DNA from: Octopus bimaculoides
Taxonomy: Eukaryota
Length of the DNA stretch: 40,122 nucleotides
Direction of reading: 5' to 3'
NCBI RefSeq assembly: GCF_001194135.2
Contig: NC_068999.1
Coordinates: 49,222,586-49,262,707, forward strand
Shown here: one piece after another, positions 23,244-35,543 of the stretch
How the letters are laid out: each line of letters begins with the position of its first letter
Position numbering within the stretch: the first letter of the stretch is position 1
Position numbers and translations under genes: made by a program
The notes under the pieces: model-generated
Seen by the model: only the letters and a program-made list of their open reading frames with translations
Database searches by the model: none
Told to the model about the DNA's origin: nothing

Positions 23244-23448
23244 TGTGATAAACACACTGACACACACACACACATACACGCACATACACATATTCAGTAT
23301 ATATTTGAAATATTCCTCGGAACTGTTCAGAACTTCTGAAGTATTTCGATCAGTGTGTAACTAAGCACGAAACAAAGAGAAGCCGCGTTCGACTTATTTT
23401 TCCATCACTTGTCCTATCAAAGAAGAAGAGACAACGGAATCGAGAAAG

Positions 23449-23670
23449 ATGCTGCTTCGATTATCGATCTCTTTTTGCCTATTATTGGTCGGCGGTTGCA
23501 TGTCACTGCCGTTTTTTTCGCCATCTCAGCCCGACTTTGGACATCTCAACCTGACAGTCCAAACAATCATAAAGTATTATGAAGGTTTGGCTCATCTCTT
23601 TAACAATAGCCGCACGCTGGAATTGTTTGGCGATATGTTACCTCTCGACTCTGAAGTGTACATGAATGCG
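23449..23670 (+). CDS. Lipase exon 1 (signal peptide plus extension, ends DSEVYMNA)
   Basis: Hydrophobic N-terminus MLLRLSISFCLLLVGGCMS; DSEVYMNA corresponds to LIPA DPETNMNV; donor GTAAGT at 23671. Confidence 0.85.
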
Positions 23671-24164
23671 GTAAGTTACATTTGTGTTCCCCGCTTGCGC
23701 GCACACACACACACGCGCACGTACGACGCATGTACACACATACGCATGCACACATGCAAACTATCCCGCAGCGAAATTCTCTCGCATTGCATGAAATATA
23801 TATACATCCATATGTAGCCTTGTCCCCCTTTTATTTTACTGAGATCCGAACATACTCGCACACACATACATGATCTCATTAGAAAGATACACACATACGC
23901 TCTCTCTCTCTCACTTTCCCATATATTTCCTTACATATACAATAACACCTCGTCTATCGCTGGTGTTACGTTCCAACCCCACCCCGCGATAGGTGAAAAT
24001 TCGCGAAGTAGAAGCAGTTCTATATATGTAAGCTTAAATATTAAACCGCGATATGGCGAAGGATTACTGTACATGCATTACATAGAAAGATACACACAGG
24101 CATAATCTCTTTCTCTCTCTCATACACACACATTCTCTTACATTTGCATGTATTCCTTAGACAC

Positions 24165-24218
<54 letters not shown>

Positions 24219-24611
24219 TAGCATGATCTTGTGAGTGTCAATTAAACAAAGGCGTGTAGATACGTTCGTATGTAACCTAATCTACTTTTTGTATTGAGAT
24301 CAACACACACACACACACACACACAGACGCACGCAAACATTCACAAGCACATAGACATACGCACACACAGACCTAAACACGCATGCATACAAATTATATG
24401 CATCCCTTGGAAAGATACACAATATTCTCTCTCTCTTTCACACACACACACACACACACATGCAAACATACACACACATACACACACCTTCGTATTATAC
24501 ACATTATTTAGAATGACACATGCATTCTTTCACTTTTTTCCTCATATTTCCGTACAATATTACTTCGAAAGATACATACACGCACAATCTGTCTGTCTGT
24601 CTGTCTGTCTG

Positions 24612-24650
<39 letters not shown>

Positions 24651-24659
24651 GTCTGTCTG

Positions 24660-24693
<34 letters not shown>

Positions 24694-25440
24694 TATTCCT
24701 TAGAAACATTCGTCTCCGCATTACACAAAACGGCAACATAATCTTACGAATGTCGTTTACGTAACGCAAATACAATGTGTAGAGTACATAACAAATGAGT
24801 CGAATTACAACAAACACGTGACGATAAATAAATAAAGAAATGTTTTCTTTAACTTTAAACAAGTTCAACGGATCTGGCGACATTACGTGAATCTTTCTAC
24901 ATAATAAATATTGTTGTTTGAGAAATTAAAGCCACACCTTCTCCCCTTACTTTCTTTCTTTCTTATATTTTGGTGTAATAAATGGCCTATATATATTCGT
25001 ATGCACGAGCAAATATAAACACGAACACAGACACAAAGTAAGGCTTTAGAAACGAGTTAAGTGCTGTGGCATGGAAATATGACAAGAGCAGTGAGATACG
25101 TGAAATTCCTAAAACTTAATGCGTAACCAACCGGTTGTTAAGCAACACGGGGCCATCCATGCCGAGTTTATAAATAGAGACGAGAATAGTTTTGTATAAA
25201 GTCAAATGATTTGAAAACTGAAATCGTTATGATTGAACTAACAACTGTGGAATTATTGGGTTTTATATTCAAACATTCGTTATCGTTGTCGTTAACAATG
25301 ATCTTGATAATGATCGTCGTGGCCGTCATCATCGTTGTCGACACCGCCGCCGCCGCCGCCGCCATCATCATCGTCGTCGTCGTGGCCGCCGCCGCCAGCA
25401 CCACCAGCAGCACCGCCAGCAGCACCACCAGCACCACCAC

Positions 25441-25477
<37 letters not shown>

Positions 25478-28400
25478 CCGTCATCATTTAACGTCTGTCT
25501 TCCATGCTGACACAGGTTGCGTGGTTTGACAGGATCCTCCAACGCGTTGAAGTACCGCGTCAAGTTCCAATGTCTGTTTTGGCGTGGGTTTTTACAGCTG
25601 GATACCCTTCCTATAGCCAAGCACTTTCCACAGTACATAGGGTACTTTTTCTTTTTTCGTGGCAGTGGCTCGAGTGGGGGTAACCATGTCACTCACTCGA
25701 CCGAATAGCTCCCTTGACTGAGCGTGAGTACAGTGGAGATGGCGGTGGGTTGATGCCAGGTATTGTCAGGTCAAAGAATGATAGAAGGCCAAGAACGGGT
25801 GTCATGCTGTAGGGAAGATACATAACTCTTTACTTTCTCTCTCTTTTACTTGTTTCAGTCATTTGACTGCGGCCATGCTGGAGCACCGCCTTTAGTCGAG
25901 CAAATCGACCCCAGGACTTATTCTTCGGAAGCCTAGTTCTCATTCTATCGGTCTCTTTTGCCAAACCGCTAAGTTACGGGGACGTAAACACACCAGCATC
26001 AGTTGTCAAGCGATGTTGGAGGGACACACACAGACGCACAAACANNNNNNNNNNNNNNNNNNNNNNNNNNNNNNNNNNNNNNNNNNNNNNNNNNNNNNNN
26101 NNNNNNNNNNNNNNNNNNNNNNNNNNNNNNNNNNNNNNNNNNNNNNNNNNNNNNNNNNNNNNNNNNNNNNNNNNNNNNNNNNNNNNNNNNNNNNNNNNNN
26201 NNNNNNNNNNNNNNNNNNNNNNNNNNNNNNNNNNNNNNNNNNNNNNNNNNNNNNNNNNNNNNNNNNNNNNNNNNNNNNNNNNNNNNNNNNNNNNNNNNNN
26301 NNNNNNNNNNNNNNNNNNNNNNNNNNNNNNNNNNNNNNNNNNNNNNNNNNNNNNNNNNNNNNNNNNNNNNNNNNNNNNNNNNNNNNNNNNNNNNNNNNNN
26401 NNNNNNNNNNNNNNNNNNNNNNNNNNNNNNNNNNNNNNNNNNNNNNNNNNNNNNNNNNNNNNNNNNNNNNNNNNNNNNNNNNNNNNNNNNNNNNNNNNNN
26501 NNNNNNNNNNNNNNNNNNNNNNNNNNNNNNNNNNNNNNNNNNNNNNNNNNNNNNNNNNNNNNNNNNNNNNNNNNNNNNNNNNNNNNNNNNNNNNNNNNNN
26601 NNNNNNNNNNNNNNNNNNNNNNNNNNNNNNNNNNNNNNNNNNNNNNNNNNNNNNNNNNNNNNNNNNNNNNNNNNNNNNNNNNNNNNNNNNNNNNNNNNNN
26701 NNNNNNNNNNNNNNNNNNNNNNNNNNNNNNNNNNNNNNNNNNNNNNNNNNNNNNNNNNNNNNNNNNNNNNNNNNNNNNNNNNNNNNNNNNNNNNNNNNNN
26801 NNNNNNNNNNNNNNNNNNNNNNNNNNNNNNNNNNNNNNNNNNNNNNNNNNNNNNNNNNNNNNNNNNNNNNNNNNNNNNNNNNNNNNNNNNNNNNNNNNNN
26901 NNNNNNNNNNNNNNNNNNNNNNNNNNNNNNNNNNNNNNNNNNNNNNNNNNNNNNNNNNNNNNNNNNNNNNNNNNNNNNNNGAGAAGTTTTCACAGCATGT
27001 GACATCCCAGATGAAGGGCCTACCGTTACGGAACGGGAAAATTATCATACTGTCCGGCCTTTAACCGACCGCTCGGTCTAGCCCCGCGGGGTCGAAGGTT
27101 AGTCTGCGGCGTCTGGGCCATGCTTTATGATCTTGTTAAGGGCAGCATGTCATGGAAGGTGGAATAGACTCGATAAAATGAAGGCTAAGTCAAGTGTTGG
27201 TTGATCTCTCTGTCACTCTCAGGTCTTTTGATTCTTCGGGGAACATAGGGCTGCAACAACATTTTCCCAACGGACGCAGTTCTGGGGGATCCTCTTCAGC
27301 TCAGCCTATGTCATTCCGGCTGCCTTCACCTCTGCGTCAACACTCCTGCGCCAAGACTGTTTTGGTCGGCCCACTTTTCGCTTCCCGCGTGGGTTCCAGT
27401 CAAGGGCCTGCTTGGTGACATTTGGTGCAGGTTTCCGTAGCGTGTGGCCTATCCATCCCCATTTTCGTTTCTTGATATCTGTCTTGATTGGAGACGTCCT
27501 AAAGTCCACGGATCCCCACAAATCTCTGAATCAATTTACATTAACGTCTTCGTAGTTTAATCTCTAGTTTGATTCGTGATGTTGTTTCTTGTAGCAAACA
27601 TCAAAACAAATTAGGACACTTCCATACGTTAACCGTTTAGCAATTAGATTACTGTCAAATGTTATGTTTATTTATTTGCATTGTTTTGAATTAATCTTGC
27701 TTTGTCTTGTAGTTTTAGTGTTGTGTGGAGACCAGCTTGTCGAAGAAGCGTTTCCTCTGGGTGTCTTTAAAAGGCGACTAAAAGACTCCAGTTTGGCACT
27801 CTCTCTCTCACCTAGTTGATCTAGCTAGGGTTGAGACCAAGTCGCAGCTTGCATCCCAGTATAAACAAACCACTGGTTTGGCTTTTTTTTGCCCAAAGTC
27901 ACCAAGTGGCCATCTCCACAGCTGGCATAATGGTATTTATGATCCTTCTTTTTGCAATGCCAGTAACTCCAAGACTTGTGGAGGAGGTGAATTAGTGTTC
28001 TGCCATTACTGCCATTATACATTGTCTTCAAAAATTCCTTTTTATTGAAGGTTATCTTTTATTCTTTTATTCTCAGAGCCAGCTCATTACAAGCAAAGGT
28101 TACCCCTGTGAAGTTCACACAGTTCTCACTGAAGATGGCTTCTATTTGGAAATGCAAAGAATTCCTCATGGAATCAAAGACAACGACATGAAAAAAGTCA
28201 GGCCAGTCGTATTTTTGCAACATGGAGTTCTGGGATCTTCAACCAATTTCTTAACAAATCTCGCAAATGAATCTCTAGGTATGGTTCTTTAATCACACAT
28301 ATATATGCATGCACACACACACATACTGATACATATTCATACATAGACACACACACGCACACACACACAACACACACACACACACACACACACACATATG

Positions 28401-28710
28401 TATGCATACATACACACACACACACACACATATATATACCAGGTTGGCCAATGTCACCTGGCAATAAATCAAAATTCCATAATTACCTAATATTCAATTT
28501 TATTTATTCATTCCAATTATGAGTGTTTAATAATTGAATACTGTGAGTTAAAAATCATTGTTTTTTCCCCAACATTTCTCTATTTATTAGCGAAGTCCTC
28601 ATATCAAATAATTTTTTTGTTTTAATCTTGGAATTAAATGNNNNNNNNNNNNNNNNNNNNNNNNNNNNNNNNNNNNNNNNNNNNNNNNNNNNNNNNNNNN
28701 NNNNNNNNNN

Positions 28711-28755
<45 letters not shown>

Positions 28756-30661
28756 TTGTATATGTATATGTATATATATATATATGTATATATTTGTATA
28801 TGTATATGTGTGTATATGTATATATGTGTGTGTGTCTATCTGTGTGTGTATATATATTTGTATATGTATTTGTGCATATGTGTATGTATTTTTGCATAAT
28901 ATGTATATACACAAACTTACATATTTTCCCCGGTATATTTCTTCCTTTCTATATGTAGCCTACCTTTTAGCTGATGCTGGTTATGACGTCTGGCTTGGCA
29001 ATTCCCGTGGAACTACGTATGGGCTCCACCATACTTTGTATCCAACTTCCAGTGACATGTTTTGGAGATGGAGGTGAGTCATTGGAAATAACGACTATTT
29101 TTCTTTCTCTCCCATTGTCAACGACTCTACATTTTCAGCGTCTGTATTCCGTTACCTGCCTCTATAACCATCGCTGTCACCACCAGACCATCGACACTTC
29201 ATATAGCCTCGATGTGGTCACACAATTTGCTAAAAGTAGCTGTCAAACTTCCTGCAAACTACATCCTATTTCGTTAAGAAGAAAGATGCGTTTGATAATT
29301 TAGGCTTAGATATAGGGGACAACTGCAGCTGTGTGGTTAAGAATTTTGCTTTACTACCAAATGGTTCTGGGTTCAGTCCCACTGTGTGGCATCTTGGGCA
29401 AGTCTCTTCTAGTATTGTTCTGGGCTGACCAAAGTCTTGTGAGTGAATTTGATTGGCAGAAACTGAAAGAAGCCTGTTGTAAAATGTGTATGTGTGTGTG
29501 TGTGTGTGTGTATGCACATGTGTGTATATGTATGTATATATATATGTATGTGTGTGTATATGTATATGAGAGGAAAGCTTTTGGTATGAGGTCTTATTTA
29601 AAATTTGATTTAGGCTCCAGATGTCGCCACCAGCTTCTTGAGTCACCCAGGAATTGGATCAACTGATTTCACCAGAAACTCTTGTGGAATGAAAGAAGAC
29701 ATAACTTCTTATATTCGTCCTTCAAGTTCTTCTAAAGTCTTTGGTTTGGTACTGTTGAGATGGACATAAGAGGTGTTGACAGTCGGCAGTCAGGCCAAGA
29801 AAGAAAGATCATGGCTGGCCGGGCACCAATCACATGGAAGGAGGAGAGAGGGGTAGGGGGCAGCGTGATTGAATGATTAGAAAATATATATATATATATA
29901 TATATATATGTGATGTGTATGTATGTTTGTTTGTCCCTCCTGCCACCACTTGATAACTGGTGTTGGTGAGTTTATGCCCCCATAATCTAGCAGTTTGGCA
30001 AAAGAGACCGATAGAATAAGTACAAGGCTTAAAAAATAAGTACTGGGCTCAACTTGTTTGACCAAATTTATCCAAGGCAGTGCTCCAGCATGGTCGCTGT
30101 CTAATGACTGAAACAAATAAAAGAATAAAAGAATAAAAGAATTATCTGTAGTTTGAGACTTCCATGTTTATGGAATTTTAAAATTAAATTAAATTTGTTT
30201 TTATTTATTTATTTACCTTTGCTTGTGTTTTTTTTTTCTTCTTTTTCTCCTCCAGTTTTGACCATATGGCTGCATTTGACTTACCAGCATCCTTGGACTA
30301 TGTTACCAAGGTAACAGGTCAGGAGAAGATGTATTATGTGGCACATTCACAAGGATCACTTATAGGCTTTTTAGCCTTCTCCGAAAACCAAACTTTGGCC
30401 AACAAGGTTTGTTCTGAAACGTTGTTCTAAGTTTAGTTCCGAAAACTCAAAGAACCATACAAGTGCAGGCATGGCTGTGTTACATGGCATCGTGAATTTA
30501 GAAATGTCCTGTAACTATCTGGTGGTGTTTCCACGTCTGCTACATGTGGTTTGTTTTCAGTTGAAAATAATTTGTTGCAGAAAAGAATGCAAAAACTGAG
30601 TTACACAAGCTGTGTTTATGCTAGAGACTAACAAGCAGCATTTCACCACAATCACTCACCT

Positions 30662-30728
<67 letters not shown>

Positions 30729-32178
30729 GTCATCATCATCGTTTAACGTCTGCTTTCCATGCTAGCATGAGTTGGATGATTTGACTGAGGACTGGTGAAC
30801 CAGGCTTCAATCTGATCTGGTAGAGTTTCTACAGCTGGATGCCCTTCCTAATGCCAACCACTCCGAGGGTGTAGTGGGTACTTTTACGTGCCACCGGCAC
30901 GAAGGCCAGTCAGGTGGTACTGGCAACGGCCTAATCCTTTTACATTATTATCATCATCATCTTTGTATCTCTCTCTCTCTCTCTACATGCTCACACACAC
31001 GCACATTGAAATATACTTATACACACACATATATATATATATATAAATCTCTGATGATTCACAGAGAAATGATAAATTATAGAGCTTGATATGTAAAGGT
31101 AGATTATTCTTAAGTACATTATAACTAAAAGGCTTATAATTCTAGTACTCAGAGTTACATGTTTCTGATTAATCAGCTGGTAATCAGAAGCTGTTGTTAG
31201 TTTGAAACAAATGTTGCTTGAAAATATTTTTTTGAAATATTTTTATAAAAGCTATGAAGAAAACACTTATCTTTAAAAAAAACTTTGCGAGTGACACAAG
31301 CAAAAATGGCTGCTTCAAGCTTGTGTTTTTCATTTCATTTCTAGTTCTAGTAAGAATAATCCAAATGCCTTTAGCTTCACATATACATGCACAGATGACG
31401 ATTGGAGATGGAGTTATATTGGGGCTTCACTAACTTCTTGTTCGAAAAAAAATATCAATCTCATAAAATAGTGTTTTACAATAAGAAAATGATCACCGGG
31501 TGAGGAATAGAAAGTTGGGCAAATGAGAAGAGAAATCATTCGTTTTTGACTCATCATTTGTTTAGTACTAAAAGCTTGTAGTCAACACGACAGTCCAAAG
31601 AAAAAAAATCAGCAGTGTAACGTGTTATAACTGTTGTTTTCTCTTCTCTCTTGTCAGTTGCCTCTCTAACTGTCGTTCACTTTAGTCTATGACTCCCACC
31701 GTCTCGTAGACTGATCTTTTTGTTTATAACTTTTTAGAACAAATCTGATTGGGAATAGTCCACTTGATCACTTGACCTGCTAGAAATAGCAGTCACATCT
31801 GTCTTAGATTAGAATTAAAATGGTAAGGACATTTTCGACAATGTAGCTCTTTGATGTAGTAAAAGACCAAAATGGTCAAGGCTGTAATGGCTTTGATTGC
31901 AGGTCTATTGAATTAGATCTGAACCAGGGCTAAATACCACCACCACCAGCAACACTACCACCACCACCAGCAACACTACCACCACCACCACCATGTATCT
32001 TGAGACTCCAGACAAAACTAACCTATATTTATATTTTTATTTCTAGATAAAATTAATGGTAGCACTTGGCCCCGTGTATACAGTCGGGCATATTACCAGC
32101 AGTGTCCGATTTGCTACAGTAATTGATGATAAGGTAAGATAATTACATTTCCCACCCAGTATGTGCTTTGTGTGTGTG

Positions 32179-32225
<47 letters not shown>

Positions 32226-35200
32226 ATGTGTGTGCATGCACACGTGTGTGTGTGAGCAGGCATGTGCAGGTGTTATTCACATGTGTATGTGCACATGCAT
32301 TCGTGCATGTGCATGCGCACGTGTGTGTACATGTGCATGTGTGCATGTTTGTGTGCATGCACACATGTGCGTGTGAGTGCAGGCATGTGCACATGCATTC
32401 ATGAATGTGTGTGCATGTGTGTATGCACGTGCATGCATGTGTGTGTGCATGCATGTGTGGATTTATCCTGAGTTCATCCCCAGGCTATCAAACACGAGCT
32501 AATCCTTTTGTATTGTTCAATTTTTACCTGCAGATATTATTCGATATATTTGGGAGGAAGTCTTTCTTACCTGAGAACATAATCATCACAACCCTTGCCA
32601 AAACAGTTTGCAGATGCCGAAGGCTCAACTTTTTGTGCCAAGACGCCATCAGGATTGTTGCAAAGTTTGATGATCGGAACATGAATTCAGTAAGTATTCT
32701 CATCTTCCTTTCTTTTACTGGTTTTTCAACCCATGGCATTGTGCTCATAAATGGACATCAGCTTCAATAGTTTTGTCGGTCATATTTGTACCTAGTACAT
32801 TTTTTCCCTGTTTGATATGCTTTTTATTATTCTCTATTTGTTGAACTGTGAAGTTATGGGACATAAATAGACACAGCATAAACATCATTTTCTCATATAG
32901 ACTAGTGTAAACATAAACACACCATTATATACATATATAGATACGTACATATATACATACATACATACGTAATACATACATACATACGTAATACATACAT
33001 ACATACGTAATACATACATACATACATAGTTTAGATTTACAGAAAACAAAAAAAAAATGACAGGTGAGGGAACAACAAACAGGTGTATTAGTTTGATGCT
33101 TGAGAAGATTGGAAAAGTCTTTAATGCTCTTAATTCTCTTCTTTTACAGTCTCGTATACCAGTTTATTTAACACATTCACCTGCCGGTACCTCTACTCAA
33201 AATATGGCCCATTTTGCTCAGGTAAGGTTACAACGAAATTTTCGTCCAGTGCCAGAAAATACATCTTTATCATCAGAATTCTCCTTCTCATATTTTCTTT
33301 CATTATAAAATGTTCCTTTTGTTTGTTTTTGCAAAATATTCTCTCAACCCTTTTTTGATACCCAACCTGCCCGAGACTGCTTCTGGTTCTATGATATAAA
33401 CTTCTCAAATTAATTCCAGTTTCATGTTAATGTATATATTCCAAACACTAGATTACTATTGACAAAGTTATTTCTCTAAATCCTTCAATGTTATCAAAAA
33501 TAATTAGAATTGAAAGCATTGAATTTCTGCAGAAATTTAATAGCAAAAGTGATTATGTCCGTTTCCAAGTTTCTAAGGAAGACAAGTTATTCAATAAAAA
33601 AAATTTTTTTTCAAATCAAAGTAAAAGCAACTCGTACAGAAGGATGGACATCCCCCAAATATACATAATATATTACAAAGAGGGCGGTCAATTTTTTTTG
33701 TTGGCTAATATATCTGTATATCTGACTAATTCTGTCATTGTAGTTGACAATAAGAAGGGCTTCCGACCACAAAACCTGAAACAAAAGTCATTATGAAATA
33801 CAGCATAAATGAATGAATTTGACATAGAATTTGACATAGAATTTGACATAGAATTTGACATAGAATTTGACATAGAATTTGACATTCTATGTTCTCTTAG
33901 TTAATTTAATGATATCAGGTGCTGGTGTGGCTGTGTGGGAAGAAGCTTGCTTTCTAACTACATGGCTCTGGGTTCAATCCTACTGCATCACACATTGGAC
34001 AAGTGTCTTCTATTATATATTTGGGCTGACCGAAGCTTTCTGAGTGGAATTTGGTAGCTGGAAACTGAAAGAAGCCCGTTGTATATATGTATGTATGTGT
34101 GTGTGTGTGTGTGTTTGCGTTTGTGTTTGTCTTTGCTTTTGTTTGTCCCCCACCACTGCTTGACAACCGGTGTTGGTGTGTTATGTCCCCGTAACATAGC
34201 GGTTTGGCAAATAGATCGATAGAACAGGTATCAGGCTTAAAAGAAAACATAAGTACTGGATTCGATTCCTTCGACTAAAAATTCTTCAAGGCGGTGCTCT
34301 AGCATGGCCGCAGTTTAATGATTGAAACCAGTAAAAGACGAAAGATAAACGGTAATGTAGAAAGCGTAAAAAAAAAAAATATAAAAAAAGAATTTTCCCT
34401 GTGGAAAGAGGAGGCAACTCTGAAATCTTGCTGTTAATTAAAAGTAAAGTTACGTTTGTAATGTCGGGAAAGAAACATTCAATCAAGGATTAATATTAAT
34501 TAAATTTAAATAATTTTCTCTGATCATTAAGTTCTATTAGACTGTTATTTCATGGTTTCCATTTCAAGTTCCAATATGGTGAACTATGAACAATTGTTTT
34601 CATACTTTAGCATTTGGTAAACTAAATATCGGACGGGGAATCAACGGAGGAGTTAAATCACTGGAGAAAAATACCTTGCTGGATTTATTTCGGTATTTTG
34701 CATTCTGAGTTCAAATTCTGCCAAGATCAATTTTGCCTTTCATTTGTTTTCAAGAGTCGATAAATAAAATGCCAATCCTGGGGGCTGGTAGAATCGTTAC
34801 TGCATCAGAAAAAAAAAAAAAAAAAAAAAAATCTTAACGACATTACTTCGTCGACTTTGCCTTTCATACTTTTGGAGTCGATAAAATCAACATCTGTTGA
34901 GTACTGAGGTAGGTGTACGCAACTGGTACTTAATTTATCGACCCCGAAAGGATGAAAGGCAAAGTCGACCTGGGCGGAATTTGAACTCAGAACGTAAAGA
35001 CAGATGAAATACCGCTAAGCATTTCGCCCGGCGTGCTAACGTTTCTGCCAGCTCGTCGCCTTATAAAAGTTACATATTACAACCCAGCCTCAAACTTTAA
35101 AATAAATAGTCATTATAAGCTTCTCTTCTGTTTTGTGATCCAAATGTATTTTAAAATTTGTCATGAAATCATAAGTNNNNNNNNNNATTACGGCACCAAA

Positions 35201-35511
35201 GCTGACAACCTCTTGCACTATGGACACGTAAGTTATTAAAGAATATAACTAGAATAAAAAGCTACAATGTATTCCTTATTAAAAAGGAAGTCAGTCTACG
35301 TTAGCTGACTTGATAAAACTCAGTGTCTTCTACAATAGCCTAGGGCCGACCAGAGCCTCGTGGGTGGATATGGCAGAGGGAAAATGAAAGAAGCCCGTCG
35401 TATATATATATATATAAAGGAATACAAAAATGGGACAAAAACGCAAAACATCCAGACAGATGAAACAAAAAAGGGACAAGAAAAAACAAGGACGGGTCAT
35501 TCGGAGTTATA

Positions 35512-35543
<32 letters not shown>

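Noticed and set aside
25168-25692. Poly-Asp/Ala/His ORFs
   Set aside because: Compound triplet microsatellite at a SINE tail.
25974-27064. Four 330-350-aa ORFs
   Set aside because: They run through the 936-N gap; only the REL fragment at the right edge is meaningful.
34545-34590. KFQYG as a candidate missing 5' part of lipase exon 8
   Set aside because: The frame closes at once, there is no suitable donor, and it does not fit the expected KFQxYDYG continuity.
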